A DNA stretch of 64,000 bases, taken from Prorocentrum cordatum. Taxonomy: Eukaryota. This document shows, piece by piece, positions 21,354-33,598 of the stretch (its first letter is position 1; every line of letters starts with the position of its first letter). The stretch is taken from the NCBI GenBank assembly GCA_963575745.1, contig CAUYUJ010000018.1, positions 1-64,000 of the forward strand, written 5' to 3'. The position numbers and the translations under genes were made by a program. The notes under the pieces are model-generated. The model had not been told where the DNA came from, made no database searches, and saw nothing but the letters and a program-made list of their open reading frames with translations.

Positions 21354-22818
21354 GATGGCCCTCGACGGCGCTGCAGTACTTCGTCTCGAGGCCTCTGCGC
21401 CCGATCTCGCGCTCCAGCGCGAGGATGAATGAGTAGCCGCGCTCGGGGAGGCTGTCCAGCAAGCGCAAAGTTGCGCGCGGCAGCCCCCAGTCCGCGCCGA
21501 TGGTAGCCGTCAGCCCCGCGCTGCCGCCGAAGCTGCTGCCAGTAAGGGCGGTGCAACCAGAAGCGTCCAGCGAGAACGCCACCAGGGTGCCCACGTCGTG
21601 CGCCAGCTGGTCACGCGGGCCGTGGCACCGCTGCAGGCCAGCATTGGGGGTGCTGCGGTATGACTGCTGTCTGCTGCCGTGTAGCTGGCTGCAGTGCTGC
21701 CGGCTGCTGTCGTGCTGGGCGCGGCGGCGCTGCTGACTGCCCTCGCGCTGTCCTGAAGAACCACCCCTGTCGGAGCGCAATGCTTCGTCCTGCCTAGGGG
21801 TGGAACCAAATGTGACCAATTCTGTGCCGTCATCTCCTGGGGCCCGGCCGTCAGCGCAGACACCCTGGGGACGCGGAGGGCGTGGGGGAGGAGGAGTGGT
21901 GTAGTGGTTGGAATTCGGGAGGGCTTGGCAGGAGGGCCCGAAGTCCTGGACTGAGAAAGGCACGCATTCCACCCTCAACTCCCCGAGGTTGCGACAGTCT
22001 GGGTCGGGTCGCAAGGTGACGTACGGCAGGGCGAAGCTCTCGCACATGTGCACCCCATGCAGCACACCGTCGCCAGAGGCCTTGAAGGTGCCGGTGGTGG
22101 TGGTGCTGCTGCCGAAAACGTACAGCGGGAGCACCGCCTCGGTCAGCGTCTGCACGGGAGTCTGAGAGGGACCTGGGCCGGCAAGGTCGCCGCTCAAGAT
22201 CGCGTGCGGCGAGGCGGGCTCCGCGCTCATGGGTGCCTCGGGCGTCCCACTGTCGTCAGAGTCCATGGCGATGTCGGAGCTGTGGTTTGGAGTGTGACCA
22301 GAGGGCGCCAGCTGGATGACCACGTCGGTTGTCACCATGCTGATGGCCTCGGGCGTGGCCTGGACCGGAAGCGCCAGGTGCTCCAGCAGGGCAATGCAGA
22401 AGTCGATGGGGCACCTGGGCGTCGGCACGTCGCACATGCTCCGCGCCTCGCCGTCCACGCGGCAGGCTCCTGGGCCCGAGGCGATCGCCATGTCGCTCGC
22501 AGCTCCTGCGGCGAGTGCGGGGGCTGCCACGCCGTCAATGCGGCCTGGCGGGAAGGCGGATAACCCGCGGGGCAGCGGCGAGGCGGCAAAGGTCCTGCTG
22601 GGCACCCCAGCGCGGTCGGCAGCGGGAGCTGCGGCCGCGTCGCCCAGGCGCACGACGTCCGCCTCGTCGAAAGCCCCGTCGAAGTCGGAGGTGACAGGTC
22701 CTGAGCCGGGACCTGCCGGAGAAGAAACACGGGGAGGGGAGGAGGTAGTTGGAGGCCCTGGGTCCTCTCCACCTGGCGGCGGCGCGGCCCCAGCCGCCGC
22801 CGCGGGGTCGCGGCTCAT
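21250..22818 (-). CDS. LINE ORF1, N-terminal part (likely ATG at 22818), with two actin-derived segments; probably joined to the next ORF across a frameshift near 21300
   Basis: First ATG after the SL cluster, in a GCC-ATG context; [30 protein letters not shown] and [24 protein letters not shown] resemble actin residues about 137-220. Confidence 0.65.
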   Translation of the reverse strand: MSRDPAAAAGAAPPPGGEDPGPPTTSSPPRVSSPAGPGSGPVTSDFDGAFDEADVVRLGDAAAAPAADRAGVPSRTFAASPLPRGLSAFPPGRIDGVAAPALAAGAASDMAIASGPGACRVDGEARSMCDVPTPRCPIDFCIALLEHLALPVQATPEAISMVTTDVVIQLAPSGHTPNHSSDIAMDSDDSGTPEAPMSAEPASPHAILSGDLAGPGPSQTPVQTLTEAVLPLYVFGSSTTTTGTFKASGDGVLHGVHMCESFALPYVTLRPDPDCRNLGELRVECVPFSVQDFGPSCQALPNSNHYTTPPPPRPPRPQGVCADGRAPGDDGTELVTFGSTPRQDEALRSDRGGSSGQREGSQQRRRAQHDSSRQHCSQLHGSRQQSYRSTPNAGLQRCHGPRDQLAHDVGTLVAFSLDASGCTALTGSSFGGSAGLTATIGADWGLPRATLRLLDSLPERGYSFILALEREIGRRGLETKYCSAVEGHRDGSSQEHSSQQRNHNSHGDLHDGRARRWPGAPR

Positions 22819-22890
22819 GGCCGCCAGGGCCGCGGGCACCCGCGCCCGGCAGGCCGACGGCGCGCCGGGCCGCCTCACCGCTCCTGGTGG

Positions 22891-22938
22891 CTTGAGCCGG
22901 GGTGGCTTGAGCCATGCTTGAGCCAAGCTGGCTACGGA
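22891..22938 (-). other. Tandem dinoflagellate spliced-leader relics: one full-length and two truncated units
   Basis: Minus strand reads TCCGTAGCCAGCTTGGCTCAAG (20/22 to DCCGTAGCCATTTTGGCTCAAG), then CATGGCTCAAG, then CCACCCCGGCTCAAG. Confidence 0.92.
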
Positions 22939-23024
22939 TCGAAAGATCGAACAAATAAGGGGGATCGAACAGTGTCGTAATTCCGTCGCACGGACGACCC
23001 TTCCCTTTGTCCCTTCCCCGCCGT

Positions 23025-23162
23025 GGGGGGGGGGGCCTTGGGGGGGACCCAGGGAGGGTGGTCCCAGGGGTGGTGGTCCCAGGGGGTGTCCTGGGGGGGA
23101 TTCTCCAGGGGGGTCAGGGGGGGGGGGGGGGCCTTGGGCCGTGACCCCCCCCCCCCCCCGGG
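23025..23162 (+). repeat. G-run cluster (G-quadruplex-prone) followed by a C run
   Basis: About ten runs of 3-15 G, then a long C homopolymer. Confidence 0.7.
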
Positions 23163-25077
23163 TGGAGCTCAAGACCCCACGGCCGCAGGAAAGTCAACGC
23201 GTGCGCGAGAGGCTAGGGTCAGCATAACACGATATCTCCGAGAAGATACCGAAACGTGCTCCCTACAATTGCGACCAAAGAAGCAATGCTATTGGTTGGG
23301 TTGGTGGCCAAATCAACTACCAAACATGGACGCGACTGCTGCTGTGCGAGCGAATTTGACTCGCATGCACGGCCTGCGGCAAAGGAAACTGTGTGCAGCT
23401 ACGCCATGCCAGTTGCACCAAGCGAAGGTGTTTGGGCATGCCGTCATTCACCATGTTACCACAATGATCATTCGTTGTCAGCTCGGACCCCGAACTGAGT
23501 AATTGCACTGTGGACTGCTCCTGAGGAAACCAAATAAGAACCACGATGTGCAAGCACATATTGAGAACACATACTCGACCAATGTTCTGTCATACTCAGC
23601 GCTTGGCCGTCTGTCTTGTGGAACAAAATCTAACTGATATCCGCCACCGCGCTTGCAGCGCCAACGCTCAAAATGTATGCCGTATGCTTTCCTACGGGAG
23701 TTTGCCAATTTGGGCCTCTCGGGGGCTTCCTCGGGAGTGCCCTGGGAGGCCTCGTGGCGGTCTTCGCTAGCGCTCTGGGACTGCCTGGGGGCTGTACCGG
23801 GGGCGACTTGGGGCTCCCTTCCCGGCCCAGAGCGCGCTTGAAAGCGATCTGGGGGCCACATGGGGCTACTTTCCCGGCCGGGAAGGGATCTGGGGGCGGT
23901 AGGGGACCCTAGGCCTCCCATGGGAGGTGGTCCCTGGGCCCGGCCAGGAGGCATCGTTCCCCGGGCTACACCTACATACTAAAAGCAGTAGCGGGCAGAG
24001 TGCCTCGGCACCCGGAGCAGCTGAGTCCGAGAGGCCTGGAGAGAGACCGAACCACAGGCGGCGACATGTTCTGCACCGAGTGCCAGCGCTCGTCAGGGCG
24101 ACGAGTGAAAGGCCTGGGCGGTGGGATGCCGCGCAGTTGGGCCGTAAGCCTAGCTTGGGCGACGTGTCTCGGCAGCTGCCACAAAAGCACCAGCGTGAGG
24201 CACATGGATCTCAAGCGCTGGGCACATAGACATGCATCTTGGTCCTTGAGGTGTGGCATGCAGGAGGAAGGGCAGGAAAGTAAAATTGACAACTTACCGA
24301 CACCGTCGATGTGGTAATGTTATTATGTATCATTCCCTCATGCTTGCTCTCCCTCTTCCTCCCCTGGCGAATTATATCATATGGTCCCCCCTCCTCCTCA
24401 GCTCTTTCTGCGGAGGCTCATCCATGGAGAGCCTCTTGGGGGCCTCACGAAAATTTGTAAGGGCTTCTTTTGGCCCTCTGGAGGTCTCCTGGGCGCCTTC
24501 TGGTGGCCTCTGGGGGCTTCCTCGCACCACCCTGCTTCCAACCGCGGTCTCCCTGAACGGCCGGGTCACGATTTTGAACGCTTCGGGGGGCATCTTGGGG
24601 CCATCTTGGGGCGCCATGGGGCGCTCTCCGGGCCATCTTGGGACCCTGTTGGGCCGCGTTGGGGCTCTCTTGGACTGCCTGGAAGCCCTTGCGGATAGCT
24701 TTGGGGCGATGTTCGGGCCTTCTGGGCGGTCTCGGACGCCCGGAAAACCGGAGAAAAGAGCATTTCCCAAATTTTAGGGACACCCATGGGTAATGAATAT
24801 TTTCTCCGTTTCGAAAGCCTCTTAGGGGTCTTCTTTGGGTCGTCTTCGGGCGTCTGGTGGGTCTGGGGCCTCTCGGGGCTCTCGGGGCGCCGTTCGGCCG
24901 CCTTCGGAACCGATTTGGACCGGTTGCCTAGGCCTTGCAGGGGCTTCCAGGAGCTCCAGAGAGACCCGCGGGCCCTCTGCAAGCGTGTCCAGGGGGCCCC
25001 TGGGGCCACTGATCTAGGTTTTTGGCGGGAGCCCCTTCCCCCCCCACCATATGCCAAAAATCTAGAAAAGGAATTGA

Positions 25078-25126
25078 GTATGCGTGTGTATATAGATATA
25101 GATAGATGCGTATACATACATACATG

Positions 25127-25157
<31 letters not shown>

Positions 25158-26226
25158 GCGCATGCTTTGGTATGTGTATAGGTTTGTGAAAGTACTATCT
25201 ATATCTACATCTACATACGTTTCTATGTATGTGCGTATGTGTGTTTGTATGTATGCATACATGCATGTGTATGTGTATATGTATGTCAGTCTGTCTGTCT
25301 GTCTGCCTGTATGTATGTATGTATGTATGTATGGATGGATGGATGGATGGATGTGTATGTGTGTGCATGTATGTGTATGTATGCATGTATGTGTGTATGC
25401 ATGTATGCATGCATATGTGTATGTATGTGTGTATGCATGCATGCACGTGTGTATGTGTATGTGTGTATGGATGTATTAATGTACGTATGTATGTATGGTC
25501 ATTTGTATGTACGTGCGTGCGTATGTGTGAAGGTATGTATGTATACACGTGTGTGTATGTATGCATATATGTATGTATTACTGCATGCATCTATGCATGC
25601 ATGCATGCATACAGACAGGCAGACAGGCAGGCAGGCAGACAAGAAGGCCGGCTGGCATTAATGTATGTATGTATGAATGTGTGTATGTATGCATGCGTGT
25701 ATGTACTCGTGTACGTTTGTACGCGTGGATGCATGCATGCATATCTGTATGTATGAATGCATGTGTGGATATATGTGTATATTATGTATGTAACGTGCAT
25801 GCTTGCATGCATGCGTGCATAGACATGGGTAGGTATACGTAGGTAGGCGTGAATGCATGTATGCATGTATGGATGTGTGTATGTATGTATGCATGCATGC
25901 ATGGATGTATGTTTGTATGTATGTATGTATGTAGGTAGGTAGGTAGGTAGGTAGGTAGGTAGGTAGGTAAGTAGGTAGGTAGGCAGACGTATGTACATAT
26001 GTATGTATGTATGTATGTATGTATGAATGCATGGATGTAGTTATGAATGCATGAATGTATGGCTGCTGTGTGTATGTGTGTATGTGTGTATGCCTATGTA
26101 TGTATGTATGCATGCATGTATGTATGTGTGCGTGCGTGCGTTCGTGCGTGTATGGATCGATGGATGGATGGATGGATGGATGGATGGATGGATGGATGGA
26201 TGGATGGATGGATGGATGGATGGAGG
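25078..26226. repeat. Compound microsatellite (TA, TATG, CATG, GGAT, GGTA)
   Basis: Direct reading of the sequence. Confidence 0.95.
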
Positions 26227-26436
26227 TGCGGGTGTTTGCATGTGTTTTCACACATATATTCCTCTTCTTACATTTCTACAAGCCGGGGGGGGGGGGGGGG
26301 GGAAACCCCGTCCCCCGCACCCAAATTGGACCCCCAAGATCGCGGGCTTCTGAGCCCCCTGGACATCCTTGCCAAAGGTCCCCTGGCTCGTCCGGGACCT
26401 CCCAGGGTGCTTAGCCGGGTCCTGCCAGCAGGCCCC

Positions 26437-27170
26437 AAGAGATCAGAGCGGTGATCAGAAGAGGCCGAAGAGAGACCCAAGACAACACAAGAGCGCTCCA
26501 AGAAGGACCCAGATGGCCTCCAGAGGCCCCCAAGACAGCCCATGAGGCCCCAAACAGGGCTCCCAGAACGCAAACGTCGGTTCATTCCCTTAGGGAAACG
26601 TGCATTTTCAGCACATTCGCTGTTCGGGTCTTAGCAGCGTCCAAAACAACCAAAAAAGCATCCGCTAGTATCGCCCCCAGGCGATTGAAGAGACCCCCAA
26701 GAGAGCCTCTAGACGGCCTCAAGACTGCCGAAGAAAGCCCCAACTGAGCCAAAAAGTGGCCCAACAGGCCCTCACAAGGCCCCGAAGCGATCAGAGCGAT
26801 GATCAGAAGAGGCCGAAGAGAGACCCAAGATAGCACAAGAGCGTTCCAAGAAGGACCCAGAGGGCCTCCAGAGGCCCCCTAGCCAGCCCAAGAGGCCCTC
26901 AACAGAGCTCCCAGAACACCAACATCGCCTCAGTCCCTTCGGGAAGCGTACCTTTTCAGCACAGTCGCTGTTCGGGTCTTAGCAGCGTCGAAAACAGCCA
27001 AGAAGGCTGGCCTCCGGTATCGCCCCAAGACGGCCCAAGAGACCCCAAAGAGAGCCTCCAGATGGCCTGGACGGCCCCAGGACTGCGCAAGGAAACCCCA
27101 AATGAGCCAAAAAGAGGCCCAACAGGCCTTCACAAGGCCCCCAGGAGAAGGCCAAGAAGGCCATGGGAGG
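26437..27170. repeat. Diverged tandem duplication (about 350-bp period) of a CCCAAGA-rich dispersed repeat; related motif-rich tracts at about 24390-25060 (opposite strand) and 58580-59430
   Basis: gatcagagcg(g/a)tgatcagaagaggccgaagagagacccaaga at about 26441 and 26789. Confidence 0.8.
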
Positions 27171-27887
27171 CCCCCCCGAAAGGCCAACAGGAGGGCCTAC
27201 GTAGCCCCCTTAAGGTCCCCAGAGGGCCCCAAGCCGGCTGGCCCACTCCAACAAGGCCCACACTGCGTCTTCAACCAAACTGACCCGAATCCCGGGCTCG
27301 CAACCACAAATCCCGGAAATCTGTTGCGAACCCCGGATTGTATGCATTCCCTAAGAAGTACTTGCGTTCGCGTGCCCCGTTGCGACGCGCTGCAACCCGC
27401 TGCAACATTCTTCGCCGTCCCCCGATGGCGCCCTCCTCCTCCTCCTCCTCCTCTTTCTGCTGCTCCACCACTCGTCCTCCCCAACATCCGCTTCCTTTCC
27501 TCGCTCTCCGAGATTCCCTTCCTTCGCCCTCCACCCGGCGCCTTTCGGGAGCCCCCAGAGGCCCGGGAAGGGCCAGGGACCGCTCGAACTTTCGAAGACT
27601 TCTGGAAACCACCGCAGGGAAGGGTCCAAAGTTTCAAGGCCACTAGGGATGGCGCGAACGACCAACATATGCAAAGTCTCAAGGACCAAGGTGCATGGCG
27701 CGAAGCGCCAATGCAGTCTTGTGTATATAGATATATATGTACATACATAATGCTTCCCGCATGCACCACGGGTGACACATCCGCATTGCGAATACAAAGG
27801 TCGCTAGGCAAACCAGGAACACAGCACAAGCCGACAGCGTATTGACATACATACACAAAAAGCGGTGAAGCTTACTGAACCCATCTT

Positions 27888-28046
27888 CTATGGCGGCCCC
27901 GAGGTCCTCTGCCGTGCCACGACGGCTTCACCATCGGCGCCGCGTGCCTCGACGACGGACAGCACGAGCGCCCCGCCGAGGAGGAAGACCTCGGCGCTCA
28001 GGACCGTATCAAAGCGCAGCAGGTGGCCATCCGACGACTCCAGCAC
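27888..28046 (-). CDS. Possible terminal exon of an unidentified host gene
   Basis: Pyrimidine tract, AG|G acceptor at 28047, then 52 codons (VLESSDGHLLRFDTVLSAEVFLLGG...) to a TAG; no recognised homology. Confidence 0.3.
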   Translation of the reverse strand: MLESSDGHLLRFDTVLSAEVFLLGGALVLSVVEARGADGEAVVARQRTSGPP

Positions 28047-28679
28047 CTCTGGGGAGAGGCTAGAAAAAGAAAAGCCGACATCAACCTCCCGCGGACTTCG
28101 ACTGTCTCGACGACCACAGCGAAGACGACGAGGACGGCCTTCAGGGGGAGGCTAGAAGACGAGAGACCCACGCGGATTTCCTGGATCTCCCCTGGCCCCC
28201 CTTTCCCCCCCTGCTGGCGCGCGGAGCGCGCCAGGGGCGGCGCCCGAGGCGCCGACAGGGTCCAGGGGCAGCGGCTACAAGCGGGTCGGAAGAGGCGGGG
28301 GGGCAGGAAAGAGGGGGGACAGGGGCGGGGGGGGGGGGGCGGGAGGGGGGGCAGATGGGAGTGCGAGGGCGGGACAAGGGGGGGGGGACCGGGCGAGGAG
28401 GCGGGCAGCAAGCAGCGAGCAGGCGCCCAGCGCTGGAGGATCGAGACTCGCTCAGGGGACAGAAGGGTATCCATACCTCTGCTGCCCAACCCTCCACCCA
28501 TGTCGTTCGTCCAGGCTACTTGCTCTAGCCCAGAACCGCCGGACGCTGTGGCCTCCAGCTGGTATGTTCCGTCATCTCTACTGCCAGGCCCTCTCCCGGG
28601 GTGAGCTCTGACCATCATCTCGGGGGAGAGTCCAGCCGTGGCGACCAGGGCTTCCAGGACGAGCAGCGGTATCGGCATC

Positions 28680-29049
28680 TCCTCTTCTTCTCCTCCTCCT
28701 CCTCCTCCTCCTCCTCCTCCTCCTCCTCCTCCTTTCTTGCCTGGTCTATATGATCCCTCAACACTCACAGAGCGAAGGCCTCCTCCTCCTCCTCCTCCTC
28801 CTCCTCCTCCTCCTCCTCCTCCTCCTCCTCCTCTGGCTGGCGGCGCAGGGCGGCGGGCGGGGCGACGGAGCAGGCGGGAGCAGGCGGCAGCAAGCCGACA
28901 GCGCGCCGAGACCTTCACGGAGCTGCCGGGGGCCCCGGCGAAAAGAGCCCCCGCCCGTCCCGCCTCGGCCCGCCCGGGCCAGGCCGAGGCGGCGCCTCCC
29001 CAGCGAGCCGTCTTCGTCGTCGTCGTCGTCGTCGCCGCCGCCGCCGTTT

Positions 29050-29093
<44 letters not shown>

Positions 29094-30630
29094 CCCCGCG
29101 GCCGCCCGTCACGTGCGGGGCAGGCCTCCGTGGACGGCCCCTCGCCGTGCGCGCCCTCAATGGACATGCGCACGCAGACGCCCGCGCCGGCCGGGAAGTT
29201 GCCCACCTGTGAGGGCGGGCTGCCCCGGACCTCGAGATCCAAGACAGTTCGAACAGCGTTCCCAGACCCCCTCGAGTCATGAAAACATCACGACGAAAGG
29301 TTTTTCATTATTTTTGGCCTCTGGGGGCCCTTACCGGCCCTCGGGACCGTCAAAAAACCACTCGGGACGAAAAACCGGTCCCGGGGAATGGGTCCAGACC
29401 GCTGAAGGTCGAGACCCCTGCATCCATCCCCGCCGACCCGTGATTGGCGGCCACAGCACGACTGCAACAGATACCATCTAATGACACACAACGGCAGCAC
29501 ACAATCTCAGATCGCTTGCCACTCTTGAAGTACTACTACCGAATCATACAGGTCAACACGTCAACACGGTACTGATAAGTATTGCGACCGAGAAAGTATG
29601 GTAAACGTGTGATGGCAAGTGAGGGCGCTGAAGAAACGCTAGCGCGAATCTGTGTTGCTTCAATCCGCCGACTTCTGCTTGCCCAGAGTGCAAAGGCGCG
29701 TGAGATGAGTGGCTGGCCCCCTCCCAAACATACGTCAGCCCAACATGGGTGAAACCCACGTCGTCATGTACGACATTGTAGCTCATACCTCCCCCTAGCA
29801 TCTTCCATGGGCTCCTCACTTCGTCTGGGTGTCACTGGAATGTCTTGACTGCAACCTCTGAGCAATCTCAAATATCGGCATAAAAAAGCACGCAGCCTCT
29901 GTTGTGTGTCCCTGGCCTTTCTGACATGTGAGCGGCCCGGCCTCGCTCACGCAAGCCATCTGGCTGAGCCTCGAGCGCGCCAGAAAGACTGGCAGCGCAC
30001 AGCATGGAGGCCACCAGGGCTGGCAGAGATCACTGGGGGCTGGCAGAGGCTGCCAGGAGAGGCCACCAAGATGTCACAACCACGATGGCCCGCAATCAAG
30101 CCTTGAGCTCCTCCTCCTCCTCCTCCTCCTGTTTGACGTTGATCGGACTTAAGCTGAGCATGTGTGGCGTTCCCCCTCCTCCTCCTCCTCCTCCTCCTCC
30201 TCCGCCTCCTCCTCCTCCTCCTCCTGCTCCTCCGCCTCCTCCTCCATACGCACATCCAGACGCACAGCCCGACCCCAGCCTTCCCTCCCGAGCCGCTCCA
30301 CCACGCCCTGAGGGCCCCGCGAGGGCCCCCCACGTGCGGGGCTTCGAAGCTGGCCGAGAGCCTTCCGCGCCACTCCTTCACGACGCAAGAGCCCAAGGGT
30401 CCGATGCGGGCCCCAAAGGTATACACCACCACGTCGATTCCTCCCCCCTCCTCCAACCTCGTCTTCCTCTCCTCTTTCCCGGGAGAGGGAAGAGATGAGG
30501 GAGGTGGTGGAGGTGGTGGTGGTGGTGGTGGTGGTGGAGGTGGTGGTGGTGGTGGTGGTGGTGGTGGTGGTGGTGGTAGTGGTGGTGGTGCTGGTGGTGG
30601 TGGCGGTGATGGTACTGGTGGTGGTGGTGT
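28680..30630. repeat. Scattered (CCT)n, (GTC)n and (GGT)n microsatellites
   Basis: Tracts at about 28680-28832, 29010-29092, 30107-30245 and 30500-30630. Confidence 0.9.
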
Positions 30631-32691
30631 AAACCTTTGGGCCCCGTATCCGATGCAGTGTTCTCTCTTCACATGCAAGGCTGGTGAGGTTTCCGGCTGC
30701 GCACAGACAGCTCCCCCGAGGTAGTTCCCAGCTGGCCTCAACAGGCCCCCCGAGTGGTCCCCCAGCTGGTGTCAACAGGCTCCCGAACAGTCCTGGCCGG
30801 TCTCAACACCCGGGAGCCGCCTCAGGCGGCGCCCCTGGGGCGCTCCGCGCCCCAGGGTCGAGGTGTAAAGACAGCCCCGGGCTGCTCGTGCGGCGTGTTG
30901 AGACCAGATGGTCTCTGCGCAGCCCGAAGCCTCACAATGCAGGGTCTTCGGAAGTCCCAACACTGGGCCTGGCGCCTTCCGTGCCACTTTTGCCAATGTG
31001 TCGGACATCTGGGAGGGAGGTTTGGATGCTCGTTCTGAGGACCTTCCTCCCAGAGCCCCTCGCGCCACTCACGTGTCGATGCTGGGTCGAGCGTCCGTCG
31101 ACTTGAATCGAACTTGAGCCGAACTTTGGTCGGGCTGGAGTCGAGCTGGAGTCGAACACACTCTCTGTGTGGGCCCTTGGAAGGTCCCCAGAACAGCATC
31201 TACGGTGGGGAACTGTTGCTTAGCGTGCGTGTCGCGGCGGCGGCCCTGGTGACGCAGTACGCCTTGCAAGCTGACAGCGTGTCGCTCCGCTCCACGGGGC
31301 GGGATGCTCGGAAGAGCTCGGGACGCTGACGCTCGGAGACCAGGAGGTGACTAGCGTGCCGCGCCGAAGCGTGGTGAGCCAGGACTGGCGGCGCGAAACG
31401 CTAAGCGAAAATTCCTTACCGTAATTTGGGACTCGTTATTCGGCCCAGGGTTCAGTTTCGACCCAAAGCTTATGTTGTTCCCATTGTACTCGAAGACCAC
31501 ATCCTAGAAATAATTTCGAGCACCCGAAAAAGTGTCGAAACCGTGTCGAGACAGTGTCGGACGAGTGTCTCCCAGGCCCCGACGTGTGAAAACCCTCGAG
31601 TTCCGGCACTTGTTTGGTGCTCGAAGTTCTTTCTGGTGACCAAGGCTAACGTAGGCCGGAGCATCAGAACCCAAGGCCCAAGGCTACTTTTTTGGTGCTC
31701 GATATTCTTTCTGGCGATCCAGACTGAAGCAGGTTGGGAGCATCATAACCCAGGGCCCCAGGCCAGTTTTCGGCACGCTTTCGGCACGAGCACCGCCTTC
31801 GGCCCAGGGCGCGTTTTCGAGCCTCTGAGCCGGCGGGTCCGGAGGCCGCATCGGGCGCCGCAGCCGCTTCAGAGCGTGCCGGCCCATCGCGTTCCGGACC
31901 GTTCCGAAGGCGTTCCGGGACGCCCTGGAACGGTTCATATACTCATCCCAGGCTTAGGTCGGGCATGTCCCCCTGCAGGCGGATTTTGGAGGAAACATTA
32001 GAATACTCAAACGGTAACTCATGAATGGCCACAGACAAACGAAAAATGGTCCCGAGACTAGTTTTGATTATATTTGAACATTCCTCCTGTGGAGGGACAG
32101 GCCCGACTTATCCTAGGCTTGCCTGGACGTCGGCGTTCGAGGGCCGAGGCTACAGGTGTCGTGACACTCCGTGGGCCTCCAGACCCGGGACCTACGACGT
32201 CATGAGCTAGTTGTTCATGACGTACACCTCCAGCGATCCGGCCTGATTCCCCGTGGCCAGATTTTCATTCCGAGCCTTTTTTGACAGCCCCGAAGGCTGG
32301 CAGAGGAGCCCCAGGATGCGAAAAAAACGAAAACTCTGCCGTCCTATGTTGTCTGACCCGAGAGGGTCTGGGGAGAGAGGCCTCTCGTCGCCACGAGGTG
32401 GAGGGTGGCGGCCGAGGCGGCGGCCGCTGTGCGAGGCAGGGATTTATCCACATCCACCGCCTGGGAACCGACGTCCTGGTGCCCGAACGGGCGGTGGATA
32501 TAGATATATTTCGGCCCCGCGGGTCCCGAATATGTCCATATCCACCGAATGCCGAAGCTCCGAAAACTGACCCTCCAGGCGGTCGTCATGTATAAATCCC
32601 ACCAGCCCTCTGGGCGTAGGTGGTTTGGGGAGATTCCTCTTCCAACTTCCTTTTTCCCCTTCGGGGAGGGGTTTATCACTGCTCCCTACTA

Positions 32692-33537
32692 ATCAGAGTG
32701 AGGGGGCCGAACGGTCATTCACTGTCCCTGGGTGCGTGGCTGAAGTGTAATTCCGCGGTGCGGATTCTCGTTGTTGAATATTATTACTTCTAAAGAATAA
32801 TTATTGTTGGGCCCCCTGGTGCACGCCCCCCCCCGCCGCGCCTAGGCCGCAGCCACGTTTTCATCATTTTCGTGAGGAAGCCTCAGGTAAAACGATGTGA
32901 TCCAGATCCGGTTGTTTTGTTGTAATCCGTTTTCCCTTGCAAAAAACACTATAAAATGACATTTCTTGTTCTAATATAATCAAATTTCAAGAATCCCTTG
33001 CAAAAAATAAGGTAAAGTGGACATTCGCGCGCGCAAGACGAAATCCTTCCAAAAGCTTAGTGTTCGGAGCGATTTTAACATAAAAACATCAAAAAACCAA
33101 TGGTTTTTCAACAAAAAAATGTCAAAATCTCATCCCGCGCGCTCTTGCGGATTCGTAGGAAACCCAACACTTTTTAAACATTTCTGTCAAACGGGCTTTT
33201 GCGAGCAACTTTTTCGAACTTCTGCAACAACGGTTGCGCACCTGCCAGGGCCATCATCCCTGTCAAATAATACCATGCGGGACACATTCGTTTTTTCTTC
33301 GCGCGCGCACGCCGTCGTCGTCGGCCGCGGGGCCCTGAATAGTAGCCACGGTCGTCCGCATGCCACGAAGTGAAGTGTCCGAACGTCATAGGGCGGGAAG
33401 CTGGGTGTGGGTGGTGGCGAAGAGTCGTTTGGAAATTTGGTAGAGCTTGAACCGGCCCCCCCACAAAGTGGGGGTATTGCCCGCCTCCTATGAAAACCCT
33501 GGCACTGGTGAGAACGGAGTGTCCCCACGTGCTAGTA

Positions 33538-33596
<59 letters not shown>
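32692..33596 (-). repeat. Left copy of an AT-rich inverted repeat of about 0.9 kb (partner 57430-58329)
   Basis: Reverse complement matches 57430-58329; identical ORF translations at 33187..33528(-) and 57462..57803(+). Confidence 0.92.

Positions 33597-33598
<2 letters not shown>

Larger units (their letters stand above)
1933..22938 (-). mobile_element. Giant Dnmt-bearing non-LTR (LINE-like) retrotransposon; 5' end marked by a spliced leader, 3' end not defined
   Basis: Co-oriented, abutting ORF1 pieces and an EN-RT-RNase H ORF2; SL at 22917-22938; no poly(A) tail or TSD recognised. Confidence 0.8.

Noticed and set aside
18400..22145. Functional actin gene
   Set aside because: Only one segment of about 80 aa or less, repeated and heavily diverged
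2168..22921. Numerous plus-strand and alternative-frame ORFs over the LINE
   Set aside because: Shadow ORFs of high-GC coding DNA with no recognisable motifs
22819..23172. Extension of the N-terminal ORF to the TTG at 23172
   Set aside because: Runs through the SL relics and G/C homopolymers; the ATG at 22818 after the SL is more plausible
25062..26454. Many MYVC/HTYI-type ORFs
   Set aside because: Microsatellite translations
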